Assembly: GCF_030028105.1 (NCBI RefSeq)
Contig: NC_092382.1
Coordinates: forward strand, 99,278,699-99,342,698
Origin: Mobula birostris
Taxonomy: Eukaryota
Direction of reading: 5' to 3'
Length of the DNA stretch: 64,000 bases
The notes under the pieces were generated by a model that ran no database searches, was not told the DNA's origin, and worked only from the letters and a program-made list of their open reading frames with translations. Of the stretch, positions 38,163-49,918 are shown piece by piece (position 1 is the first letter of the stretch; each line of letters opens with the position of its first letter). The translations under genes were made by a program, and so were the position numbers.

Positions 38163-38720
38163 TGTAAGGAGTTTTCTCTCTCCCTGCTTGTTTGGGTTAC
38201 ACAATTGATACGGCAGAAAACGTCCCAATCAGTGCTAATGTTATTCTATCTGTTTGTGTGGGAACGTGGGTGATTTCCCGGGTTTTTCGGGAGGAGAACC
38301 GAAGAGGAAGGACATGCTGTACGCGCTCTGGTCTACCACCGTGTTTGGTCCCAGGGGGCGGGTCGAAGAGGTCGGAAGTGATCGTATGGTGGAAAGAAGA
38401 CCCCGTTAATTGAGCTCCGACGGTTGTGCACGAAGTGGTTGACTCTGATAAGTTTCGCGCCTTCTAATTTCAATTTATATTGTATCTCTATTAATTGCAT
38501 AGCTCCAGTAAGATCTATAAAGTGTAATCTGTGAATCGTTCATTGTGTGATGTCTGATATTTGATGCGTCAGTTTAAACCAGGCTGTACAACACAACAAC
38601 GACGCAAACGTGAGACAAGGTTTGGAGGGCGGACGTGGTTTCCCCTCGATATGCCCGAGCCGGTAACACTGAGCGTTACATTCGTGGGGCTCGTCCGGGA
38701 TTGAACCAGGGACATCTGGC
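38163..38720 (+). mobile_element. Third LTR (about 38163-38680) followed by a tRNA-Pro primer-binding site; internal region truncated
   Basis: Starts TGTAAGG, ends CGTTACA at 38680, then TGGGGCTCGTCCGGGATTGAACCAGGGAC, complementary to the 3' end of mature tRNA-Pro. The left boundary is approximate. Confidence 0.65.
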
Positions 38721-39583
38721 ATTAGCACTTCTTCCGAAGTGTGAAAATGTTCCCTACTTAACACGCACGCATGTTTAACCGGAACTTTCTCGGACTCACA
38801 CCAGTCGCAAACGTCTCCAGGTCCATTTCCACAGTAACTTAATGGGCTGTTACACAGCTTCATCCCGGACAATTTTGCCTTCCTCACTTCGTAAAGAGTA
38901 GTGTGACGTTTGTAATCTTTCAGTCCTGCGGGACATGCCAGTGTGAGGGGATCCAGGAGTGCCCCTATTAACTTTTTGAAGAGAGACAGAGAGAGTTATT
39001 TATCATTGATAGTTTGTTTGGAAAAGGGAGAGTGACGAAGATTGACGGTTAGACCGTCACTGGAGTTAAGTTTAGAGTTTTACTTTGGAGATAAAAACTT
39101 AGCAGCTCGAAGGTTGCTGTGGTGACCGACAGCACATTGTTGATGTTACTTCCAAGGACTTGTTGCCTGCTCGCATTCCTTTACAGACAAAGGAAGGAGG
39201 GACTCTTCGAATGACAGGAGATGCTCAGCACAGTGAAAGAAATAGGAGGTCATATTATACATACCTCAGACACATGACCGGGACACTGAATGAGCTTAGT
39301 TGTGCCTGCAGAGAAAGTTGGTTTTGGAGGATCGATCAGGCGGATTGATCTAATTGCTCTGCCAGTGAAAATTCAAAGGCAGGACCGGTGGGGAGTTGTC
39401 CATGTGTCCGACTCTAGCCTGGGTAGACAGCTGAACCACACCGAAGTACTGTCCCCTTTGTTGTTAAAGTTCCAGACTGTAACTTGTGAAGGAATTTGGA
39501 GGACGACGAAGAAATAGACGACATAGCTCACCTGAAGACTTAACTTACTGTCTCTCTCTCTGCATCACTATTCAACTACATAC

Positions 39584-40469
39584 TGTTACGTACCCCGTAA
39601 ATGGGTTGCCAAACCAGCAGAAATGGATCACTCAGTTGGAGTCTGGATTACTGGAACTAAGAAAGTTTTATTAAAGAAATAAGCAACTCAGTATTCTAAT
39701 AGTAAGGATATAAATGCAACAGGTCAGCAATGAATAAACAGACATGTACACAGAACTAGGATAATAGGATCAATCAAGCTCTATCGCAGTCTAGGCGTAA
39801 AATGATCAATCACAAGTGACAGAGTTCAATTTAGTTCAGTTCGCAGTAATCGCTGTTGTGGCGTTGAAAAGAGAGAGAGAACGAATGACTATGCAAATCG
39901 GATTCCAAACAGACCTTCGATATTCCTTGCAGTTAGCTTTCGGGCGAGCCCGTTGTAGTGTCTTCTGAGGTCACCGACTGTGACCCATCCATTCCAGATA
40001 CGATCGTTCCGCTGCGGTGAACCCGGCATCCAGGCAAGTGCGGACACATACACCAGGTTCCCGCCGACTGCATCTTTCCACCCTGTGTGTCTATGGCTGG
40101 TCCCGCGACATCCCTCCAAAACTCCCACCGACTTCTGGGGGCACACCGCTTCCAGGGTCTTGTTACCTCGTGGTGTCGTGTGTGGTGTCTGTTTCCTTAG
40201 CGAACCTGTCCGTTTTTATCCCCCCTGTTGGGGTATCGCCTGTGCATCAGACTTCAAACAGTTCAGGGTTCAAAGCAGCCGGTCTTGATAATACTTAGAC
40301 CGGTGTTTCCTTCCGTTAATCTCTCTCGTCTCTTCATTAACATTTTCAAATGCTGCTCCATTGTCTTACTTATCTCTGTCTCCTGACGACAGGTGGCAGA
40401 TCAACTGATGATCCCACTGGTGATAGCACAGTACAGTTAACATCTTAGTCTATGTGTACTTTTGCCACA
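39584..40469 (-). repeat. 3' LTR of the Gmr1-type Gypsy element (886 bp)
   Basis: Direct repeat of 43752-44638, preceded on the - strand by a polypurine tract (AAAGGGGAGGGG). Confidence 0.92.
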
Positions 40470-41803
40470 CCCCTCCCCTTTAAGGATTTTTACCGGGGTA
40501 AAAATTACTAGCGTGAATGCATCATTGGATACATACAAATATACATCTTCATCAGCTATTTGTCTAATACAGAGAATTTTAAGTTGTCAACACCTGACAG
40601 ACAGTCAGCAATCACATTTTCTGTTCCTTTTATGCGTGATATTTTAATAATCCTCTCAAAGCAGGCTCCAACTAAGCAGACTTCATAGTGGCCGGAAACA
40701 CTAATGAATTGTGATCAGTGTAACTTTTCAGTGGTTTTCGCCCCGGACACAGATAACAAGGGTCGTCCCATTCCAATTTAGCATTCTTTGGCAAGGGCTT
40801 AATATGAGGGTGGGTACTATCCGCAAAGTTGTTTTTTTCCTGCAAAACTTCCGATAGTACCCCACCATCTCCAAGAACCTTCTCAGGGCTCTCTTGTCTG
40901 TCGGGAGTGGGGACTTCAGCGATAGCCCGCACCTTAGCTTGCATCGGAGCCAGCTGCCCCTGTCCTACCACAAGTCCCAGATAAGTGACTTTTTCGTGCT
41001 CGAATTCACTCTTTTCGAGGTTTACTGTCAGGCTGGCTTCAAACAGCTTTTTAAACAGATCCTCCTAGGTGTTACTCCAGACCACTACATTGCCAATATA
41101 CACTTCTGTGTTCTTTAGCCCGTTTGTCACTGAATTAATCTTTCTATAGAGGTGTTGCTCACTAGGCTGACCTGATGTGACAACAGCCCCATGTCCCAGG
41201 CCTTCGCATCGCCTCAGGACGTCTAGACCTGTTTAATTAGCAGTTTAATTAGCTTTATCAATGGCCCGCTTTGTTCGGGGGTTAGGTGAGAGAACTTATC
41301 AGCAAAACAGGTCAAAACAATAGACATCTCCCATCTGGTCGGCACCACACTTATCTTTGCAAAATGGGCCTCCCCTTATCAGGTGGCACCCTAGCCTCAT
41401 TAATTTTCATGATAGAACCAGTTAGATCTGTTTTCTGATCGTGGTGGACTTTTAACATGTTAATAGCTTCTAACTGGGTTAACTCACGTCTGCAATAGTC
41501 AATAACATCCTTCCTTCTGTGCAGCCAGTAAACCTCTTTCATGATTCCGCCGACTGTTTTCCTCCTCCCAAAATGTCCACTGAGGGTTATCTTGTTGGCC
41601 AGGTTAAGAATCTCATCCCCATAAATTTTCGGTACCATCCCCCATTCCTCATCTGCGGGTACGGTACTTGGTCTCCCTTTCTTCCTTAGCACTGCCTCCT
41701 CCACACAATAGCCTACTGGCTCCCTTTTTAATGCTGCTTCAGAGAGGGCTGTCTCCGCCGAAACCATCACCTCCTCGTCTCGCTCCTGCGCCTGTACAAA
41801 TTC

Positions 41804-42331
41804 CTACTTGGCTAATGCTAAGTCTGCCTCAGCTCCCTCACTTCCTCCTGTTTCACTATGCTCCTTCTTTTCACTTTCCATCTCCCCCTGGTACAAGGCT
41901 GGTAGAAACGTCTCAGCTAAATTTACTTCGGCAGTCTTTCTGGACACTCGCCGAGTCACTGCGCAAACGGGATCAACCTGTGAGTCCATGGGCGGGGCCT
42001 CAATGCTGGCAGGCTGACCTGTCAATCTCACTGCTGAGAACACAATTCCCCCGGCGAGGTCATTAACGAGTAAGACTTCCACGCCTTTCATCGGTAGTTC
42101 GAGCCTTACCCCGATCGTGACTGGTCCAGAGACCAAGTCGCTTTTTAGGTGTATCTGGTGCAAGGGTACTGCCTCAGTCCCTTTCCCAATGCCTTTTATG
42201 ACCCTGACTTTCCCAGTCTCGGTCTCTGAACTAAAGTCTAACACACCCTTTAATATCAATGACTGACACGCTCCCGTGTCTCTCCAGATCCGGACTGGAA
42301 CTGGGTTTAACCCCTCCTTCACCGACACCAA
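41804..42331 (-). pseudogene. Gypsy aspartic protease region
   Basis: PVRIWRDTGACQSLI contains the D-T-G catalytic motif and lies immediately after gag. Confidence 0.75.
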
Positions 42332-42459
42332 CCCGGCCGAGATAAACCTCTCGCGCCCTTCCTGAACTTTGGCAGACCTTTTCTCTCCTACCGGTTTGTT
42401 TACCAGCTCAATACAGCCAGTCGGAAACGCCGCCTTTCCCTTTCCCGTCTCCTTCTTTG

Positions 42460-43652
42460 GGGCAAAGCACCTGGACGCAAAGTGTCCGGTTTACCCACAA
42501 TTATAACAGACGACCCCAGGAGACTTCCTACCTGACTGTTCCCGGTCTACCTTATCCTTCTCACTAGTCCCCGGCTTACTTACTGACTTTTCTGACGGAC
42601 TCTCCCCGCCGTCCTGACTACCCTTCTGGTAGCCTTTACTTGGGACAGACTTCGTTTTATGTGTCAACGCATACTCATCCGCTAGCTTAGCAGTTGCGGC
42701 TAACCCGGCTGCCTCTTTCTCATCCAGGTAGGGTCTCATATCGTCAGGGACACAACCTTTAAACTGCTCAGTTAGGATCAGCTGTAGCAGTCTGTCATAA
42801 TCCCCATTTACCTCCTTCGAGGCGCACCAACACTCACAATATTTCTGCATCTCACGGGCAAACTCTAAATACGTGCGGCCCCACTGCTTCCTCGCATTCC
42901 GGAACCTCTGCCGGTATGCCTCCGGGACCAACTCATAAATCCTGAGGATGGCCTCTTTCACCACTTCATACCTCTGAGCATCTTCTGCGGACAAAGCTGA
43001 GTAAGCTTGTTGGGCTTTTCCTTTAAGTGCACTCTGAAGCAAAACAGCCCACTTATCCCTCGGCCAGTCCTGACGTGCAGCAACTTTTTCGAAATGGAGA
43101 AAGTACCGATCCACATCGGTATCGTCAAATGGGGGAACCAGCCTAACCTCCTGGGTCGCCCTGAGCCATCCAGCTTGGTTCGACATGGGCCCCTGTTCTG
43201 CCCTCATCTTTAACCTCTGCAGCTCGAATTCCCTTTCCCTCTGCCACTCTTCTCGCTCCAACTGCCTCTCTCTCTCTCTCCTGCCGTTCTAACTGTTTCT
43301 CTCTCTCTTGCCGTTCTAAGGGTTTCTCTCTCTCTTGCTGTTCTAACTGTTTCTCTTTCTCTTCGTGCTCTAGCTGCCATACCCGGAACTCGTACTCTAG
43401 TCTCAATTTTTCAATCTGCACCTGTACTGCGTCTTCACCAGGTTTTCCAATAAACATCATCTCCAGCGCCCCTTGGGGAAACACACCTTTAGACACATAA
43501 TGCTCTGCGATAGCTCTGTGCATCTCCTCTCTCCTCATTGTTGACTTCCCCTTAACAAGATTCAACCGTTTGGCCACAGCTGCCAATTCCGGTTTCCTGG
43601 CATCCTCCAATGCGTCCAAGGTCGGCGCCTTTAGAAATTCCTCAATCTCCAT
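42460..43652 (-). pseudogene. Disrupted Gypsy gag with coiled-coil, SCAN-like capsid region and CCHC knuckle
   Basis: ORFs 43143-43652 and 42491-43261 are offset by a frameshift in (GA)n-rich LERQERE repeats. Contains PEAYRQRFR...LILTEQF. The CYNCG...GHFASRC knuckle is broken by a stop/indel at about 42491. Confidence 0.85.
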
Positions 43653-43751
43653 TTCTGCTGTTTGCCTTTTCTTTCTTTCGGGAATTATAACCGAATCAAT
43701 TTACCCCGTCCCAAATTTAGCGTTCAAAATCGCCGATGGGAACCCCACTTA

Positions 43752-44638
43752 TGTTACGTACCCAGTAACTGGGTTGCCAAACCAGCAGAAATGGATCACT
43801 CAGTTGGAATCTGGATTACTGGAACTAAGAAGGTTTTATTAAAGAAATAAGCAACACAGTACTCTAATAGCAAGAATATAAATGCAACAGGTCAGCAATG
43901 AATAAACACACATCTACACAGAACTAGGATAATAGGATCAATTAAGCTCTATCGCAGTCTAGGGGTAAAATGATCAATCTCAAATGACAGAGTTCAATTT
44001 AGTTCAGTTCGCAGTAATCGCTGTTGTGCCGTTGAAGAGAGAGGGAGAACGAATGAATATGCAAATCGGATTCCAAACAGACCTTCGATATTCCTCGCAG
44101 TTAGCTTTCGGGCGAGCCCTTTGAAGTGTCTTCTGAGGTCACCGACTGTGACCCCTCCGTTCCAGATACGATCGTTCCTCTGCGGTGAACCCGGCACCCA
44201 GGCAAGGGCGGACACACACACCAGGTCCTGCCGACCGTATCTTTCCACCCTGTGCCTCTATGGTTGGTCCGGCACCAGCCCTCCAAAACTCCCACCGATT
44301 TGTGGGGGCACACCGCTTCCAGGGTCTCGTTACCTCGTGGTGTCGTGTGTGGTGTCTGTTGCCTTAGCGAACCTGTCCCTTTTTATCCCCCCTGTTGGGG
44401 TATCGCCTGTCCATCAGACTTCAAACAGTTCAGGGTTCAAAGCAGCCGGTCTTGACAATATTCAGACCGGTGTCTCCTACCGTTAATCTCTCTCGTCTAT
44501 TCATTAACATTTCCAAATGCTGCTCCATTGTCTTACTTATCTCTCTCTCCGCTGAAGACAGGTGGCAGATCAACTGTTGATCCAACTGGTGCTAGAACAG
44601 GACAGTTAACATCTTAGTCTATGTGTACTTTTGTCACA
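43752..44638 (-). repeat. 5' LTR of the Gmr1-type Gypsy element (887 bp)
   Basis: Direct repeat of 39584-40469, roughly 90% identical by eye. Confidence 0.92.
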
Positions 44639-44760
44639 ATACCACGAACTGAACTGAACAGAACTTTACTCAACATCGTAAGACCGTATCTGTTTACCCT
44701 AGACTTAAAGAAGCTTGGTTTTCCATTCATATTTTTCCACATTTACTGATGTGTTTACTT

Positions 44761-44768
<8 letters not shown>

Positions 44769-44799
<31 letters not shown>
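44769..44799. repeat. (AT)n microsatellite
   Basis: Direct reading of the sequence. Confidence 0.95.
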
Positions 44800-44802
<3 letters not shown>

Positions 44803-46739
44803 CTTGTTAACCAGCTTGTTATCTTCATTTAGTTTACTGTATTGCGCAGTAATTAATAAATATTATTAGTTATTAGCAATACTAAACTCCAAAGTAGTTT
44901 CTATTTATTCTGGTTTCTTTATTCCCGTCACGGGGTAGGTGGCACCAGAATCAAAGTGATTCTAGAAAGAAGATGACCAATATATCCATTATCTCTTCTG
45001 CAACCTCTCTCAAAACTCTTGGTGTAGTCCATCTGGCCCAGGTAACATTTTAACCTTAAGACCTTTGTGTTTGCCGAGCACTTTTTCATTTGTCATAACA
45101 ATGTCAGTCACTCTCTGTCGCTTACCCTTTCGGGACTCTGACATTCTGATGGTGCCTTCCAGAGCAAACGCATTTGCAAAGGACCTATTAGGTTCATACG
45201 TCATTTCTTAGCCCCCATTGCTACCTCTAGTCGTGAGTAAGGAACAATATTTTTTTTAATTGTTTCATTCCTTGTGGACCCAAAACTGGATAAGAAAAAT
45301 ATATGGAGTTAGTTCGACCAAATTGTCAATAATTAGATGGAGAGTATTTTGGGAACGATGTCCATAATTGGAGATGTGTTGAGGTCGTTATAGGTTATGA
45401 TCAGACTGGTCTTCACAGGGCAGAGTTCAGACTGCCAAATCCCGAATACAACTGAATTGGGCAGGATCTGGGGAAATTTTATTAAGAATCGCCGCCAGGG
45501 CTAAGTCCACACCTTAGAGGTGGATATTTTATAATTTGGATCTCAGTTTCAGCATTTTTTTTCTGAGGTTGAATCTAAGTATGAAGCAGGGCAAGGCGAG
45601 GCTCGAAATGCTAAATGACGGGAAGCATTGTAAGTATCGACAGGAGAAAATAAATGATGATTACTATTTAGAAATCTTACTTCGAGCCTGAAATGCGGAG
45701 ATATTAAACAAAGAGAGAAAGTTGAATCAAGCGATATTGAAAAAGTTTCTGATGAGCAAATCGGGAGCCAGGAGAATGGTGGGCCTTCTAAAGAAGAAAG
45801 CAGGGTATCTGAAGACAAGACGTTCAGAAAATCCTTCATGATTATCTCACATCTGCATTCACTACGGAAACAGAAACACAATAGGACAAGATCAGGAGGC
45901 GAAGGATATTGTTGCTGGGTATGATGATATTGTGCAAAAATGTTGAGAAATTTTTGTAAACCCAACTGTGCATTGCGTCAGTATCACGCTGCCCTAATTC
46001 TGGCCATTTTCTTCACCATCTGTCTGTCCCTCCTGAACCTCCTGTCTGCTCCTCTAACTATTCAATCTCCTGTAACTCCTCCTCTCTCTCTTCCCTTCTG
46101 AGCCACCGCGTTGGACTCAGTGACGGAGATCTGGCCGCTGCGGCAGTCCCATGATAGGTAGTCTCTCCAACAATATCCAAGTCAGTACACCTGTGATTAA
46201 TGAGAGCAACCTCAGAGTGTTCTGCACTGCCTGTTTACACCTCTTCCCTCTCCTGTCGTTCACACAGATACCTGGCACCTGCAACTGAGCGGTAACACAT
46301 CATTCTCCTGTCAAGAGCCGAATGTCACTAACCTGCAACTCCAGGTTACGGTACAAAGCAGATGATCTTGTTGCATCGTTACAAATTCTGAGATTGAGTG
46401 AGGTTGTGCCCATCACTGAATCGTGAACGAATGATGGTTGCATTTCGGAACTAAATGCCCGAGGTCTTCAGGTTGTAGCGGAGGGATAGGAAGGTCGGCA
46501 GAGTGGGTGGCTTGGCTGTGCAGAAAATAATCGCACCTGCTCAGTAGAAAATATGGCATGTGATCTTAAGCTGTGGAATACTCGTCTGTTGAGTTCAGAA
46601 ACCGCCAGGTTCACATTATACTCACGGAAGGTATATGCAGTCCTCCTGACAGTAGGTGGGATATGGACCGCAGAGTGCAACGGGAAAAATGTGTGCCTGA
46701 AGGGCAATGTTCTGATAGCCATAGGATTTGTCCACATGC

Positions 46740-47810
46740 AGCTCGATTGGGTTGGTTTGTTTTTGTAATTTGTCCTTCGGCCGACGTGGGGATCAACTAT
46801 ACTGGATTGGGTGTTATGAAATGAATTGGAAATGATTAAGGAGCTCATGGTAAAATCACCCTTCGGAGGCAGTGAAACCACTATGATTGACTTCAACTTC
46901 ACATATGACAGGGAGAAATTAAATTCTGACGCAGCAATATTTCGGTGCAGTAAACGAGTTTAAAGTGGTGTGAGAAAGGTCTCGGCCGAAGTAATTTTGA
47001 AGGAGATGTTGTCAGCCTTGTTTGCAGGTCAGAAATGGCGTGAGATTCTGGCCAAACGGTCGAACGTGCAAAGCAGGTCTATTGTGAAAACAAAGGAATA
47101 CTCAAATAGTAAAATAGTACAATCATGGCTGACAAGGAAAGTCAAACCTAACGTAAAAGCAAAAGACAGAGTATACAACAGAGAAAATATTCAGATTAAA
47201 CGTATGGAGAACAACTAAAATATTCATGAGAAGGTAAAGATGAAATATAAAAGCAAGATGAAAAAATTCAAAGTGGATTGTAACAGCTTTTTTAAGTATA
47301 TAAAAATAAAGGAGAAATGAGAGTGAGTATAGGAGCGCTAGAACATGAGGAAAGAGAAATAACAACTGGGGACAAGGGGACGGCAGATGACCTATTGGAG
47401 TTTGTAGCATCAGTGTTCATTCTGGAAGACTCTTGCACTGTGTCTGATGTTGTCGTGTGTGAAGGAAGAGAGGTTCACTCACTGTTACAAGACAGAAGGT
47501 GCTCAAGAACCCGAAAGACCTAAGGTTGCATGGGTCATCCGAGCCAGATCAACTGCACCTTTAGTTTCTAAAAGAATGAGAGATAGAGATTGTAGAAGCA
47601 TTTTTGATGATCTTTCTAAAAACCACTGGACTCTGGCATAGTGTCAGCGGACTGAAAGTTTGCTACTCCACCAGATTATTTAGGAAAGGAGGAAGGTAGC
47701 AGAAACCGAATTATATACCGGAGAGCCTGACCTTAGTGGTTGGGAAGACGTTGGATTCAATTTTTGAAAACGAGGTAACACTGGACAAGAGAGGACAATG
47801 TCAGCACGTT
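46740..47810 (+). mobile_element. CR1 ORF2 fragment
   Basis: EFVASVF and linker-region similarity to the other CR1 copies in the window. Confidence 0.55.
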
Positions 47811-47869
47811 CCTCTGTTGTCTCTGTCGGTATCCTTCGCAGATATCATCTGGCCGAAGGGACATAAATA

Positions 47870-49221
47870 TTTCAGAAATTTCTCAGACCTTAATTAGCTT
47901 GTTCGGGCTATGGCTTGTCACAGTCATCGTTAGGAAAGGCAAAGTGATGGAAATTTAAAAGCATTATATGTACCATGACTCCGCTAACTTTGCCCTAAAA
48001 ATCAACAGCCATGGGTTCCTCTAAGCAGCTGTCTAGCACTCTGAAAATTAAAAGAAATAATGCCCACAAAGCAGGAAAAGGATACAACAAGATAACAAAG
48101 CGTTTTCAGTCAGCCGTTTCCTCAGTTCGTAATGTAAATTAGAAATAGTAGTTACAAGGAACTGTGGAGCTCAAGTTGAGGTTCGGAAGAACAAGAAAAC
48201 TTTCCGAGAGAACTCATCATAGGATTGCTAAAAAGGCAAATTAAAACCCCCGTTTGACCTTCGGGAAGATTTAACAGACTCTGGAGTGGCCGTGCAGTGT
48301 TCTGCTGTGCAGTGACACCTGAACAAATATGACCTTCATGGAAGAGCCATCAGGACAAAACTTTTCCTGCGTCCTCACCACAAATTTTAGTGTCAGAAGT
48401 TTGCAAAGGAACATCTATACAAGCCTGAAGCATTTTGGAAACAAGTCCTGTAGACTGATGAAGTTAAAATAGAACTGTTTAGCCGCAATGAGCAAAGGCA
48501 TGTTTGAAGAAAAGGAAGGTGCAGAACTTCATGAAAAGAACACCTCTCCACGGGGGATGGTCAATCATGCTTTGGGCTTGTGTTGTAGCCAGTGACACGG
48601 GGAACCTTTCACCAGTAGAGCGAACAATGAATTCAATTAAATGCCAGCAAATTCTGGAAGCAAACATCACACCGTCTGTAAGAAACCTGGAGATGAAAAG
48701 AGGATGGCTTCTACAAAAGGAGAATGATCCTAAACACACCTCAAAATCCACAATGGACTACATCGAAGGCGCACGCTGAAGGTTCTGCCATGGCCTTCAC
48801 CGTTCCCCGACCTAAACATCATCGATCAAACTGTGGTTAGACCTCAAAGGAACAGTGCATGCAAGACGGCCCAAGAATCTCACAGAACTAGAAGACTTTT
48901 GCAAGCAATAATGGACGAAAATGCCCCAAACAAGTATTGAAAGATTCTTAGCTGGCTGAAGAAAGCATTTACAAGCTGTGATGCTTGCCAGGGGGTGTTA
49001 CTAAGTACTCACTCTACAGGGTGGCCAAGCATTTGTGTCGGGCCCTTTTCCTTTTTTGTTATTTTGAAACTGTAAAAGATGGACATTGTAAAGTAATCTT
49101 GCTTAAAATATTAAAGAAATGTGTTATCATTAACTTTATGCCTTTCAGAAATCAGGTCCTCTTTTACTCGCATAGCTATTCATAGTAACAGGAATTTTTA
49201 ACAAACCTTTGGATGCCACTG
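47870..49221 (+). mobile_element. Tc1 transposon, left-truncated paralog of 29180-30803
   Basis: HGGWSIMLWAC...[11 protein letters not shown]; right TIR TTTGGATGCCACTG; same downstream flank as the first copy. Confidence 0.85.
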
Positions 49222-49737
49222 GATGCAACTATAATTTTTAATAATTATCCATGCAATATTTATTTTTAATCTGTGCATGTCATTAATGTTGTTTGTTTGT
49301 TTGTTTGTTTGTTTTTTGTTTGTTTGTTTTATTATTTGCAGCGTGCACCTTCCTTTCCAGACTGGTTGTATATCAGTATCCAGTTGTGTTTCAATGAGTT
49401 TCTCAATGTTGTGTCCATTTAAGACCCGGCACGCGTCCGTGGACATCCGACTTCTGGGATTATTAGATACTCTTCCGTTTGTATTGCTTCTCTGACGGTC
49501 TGCAAATAAAGGGTTAATTGCACCTCTCATTCCGTAGAATTTAATGAAGGGTGTGTCCGTGGGGATTGTCGACGTCAGCGCGGAGGAGTGGTTTCTGGTT
49601 GCCTGGTCTATTAGTATGTCACCCTGACAACGTCAGTGCCAGTGAGAGCCGCCAGTCCGCGTTATCAGAGACCAGCGGCTGCAGACAGAGAGAAGACAGA
49701 GGCTGGGTCGCGAACAGGAATCCAGACGATCGCAACA

Positions 49738-49918
49738 ATGGATTGTAATCTGCGAAATGCTATGCCCAGTGCTACGGGAATCGCGAAGAATATTTTCTGG
49801 CCATATCCATATCTTGTTGAAAATTACGAATGGCTGGCATTGGACTCTCGAATCTATCTTGCGCTTCTGACATTCCAAGCGGTTTACTACCCTGTACTTG
49901 CAATTGTAGCACTTCTTG
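49738..49918 (+). CDS. GPR139/GPR142-like GPCR copy 3, coding exon 1
   Basis: MDCNLRNAMPSATGIAKNIFWPYPYLVENYEWLALDSRIYLALLTFQAVYYPVLAIVALL; 181 nt; donor CTTG|GTAAGT. Confidence 0.87.

Larger units (their letters stand above)
39584..44638 (-). mobile_element. Gypsy LTR retrotransposon, Gmr1-type, internally deleted, with two LTRs
   Basis: LTRs at 43752-44638 and 39584-40469 with TG...CA ends. 4-bp TSD ATAC (39580-39583 and 44639-44642). Polypurine tract at 40470-40485 and degenerate tRNA-Pro PBS at about 43722-43747. Internal order is gag (SCAN-like, CCHC), protease (RDTGA), integrase zinc-binding remnant, then RT/RNaseH remnant. Confidence 0.93.
38942..44944 (+). mobile_element. Solo LTR (about 940 bp net) split by the Gypsy insertion
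   Basis: Starts TGTGAGG at 38942 and ends GTGGCA at 44944. 4-bp TSD CCAG (38938-38941 and 44945-44948). Removing it restores a CR1 sequence matching the paralog at about 7835-7862. Confidence 0.8.

Noticed and set aside
45549-45965. 138-aa - strand ORF and purine-rich + strand segment
   Set aside because: No recognisable motif or splice structure. At most a faint resemblance to decayed Gypsy sequence, which I cannot support.
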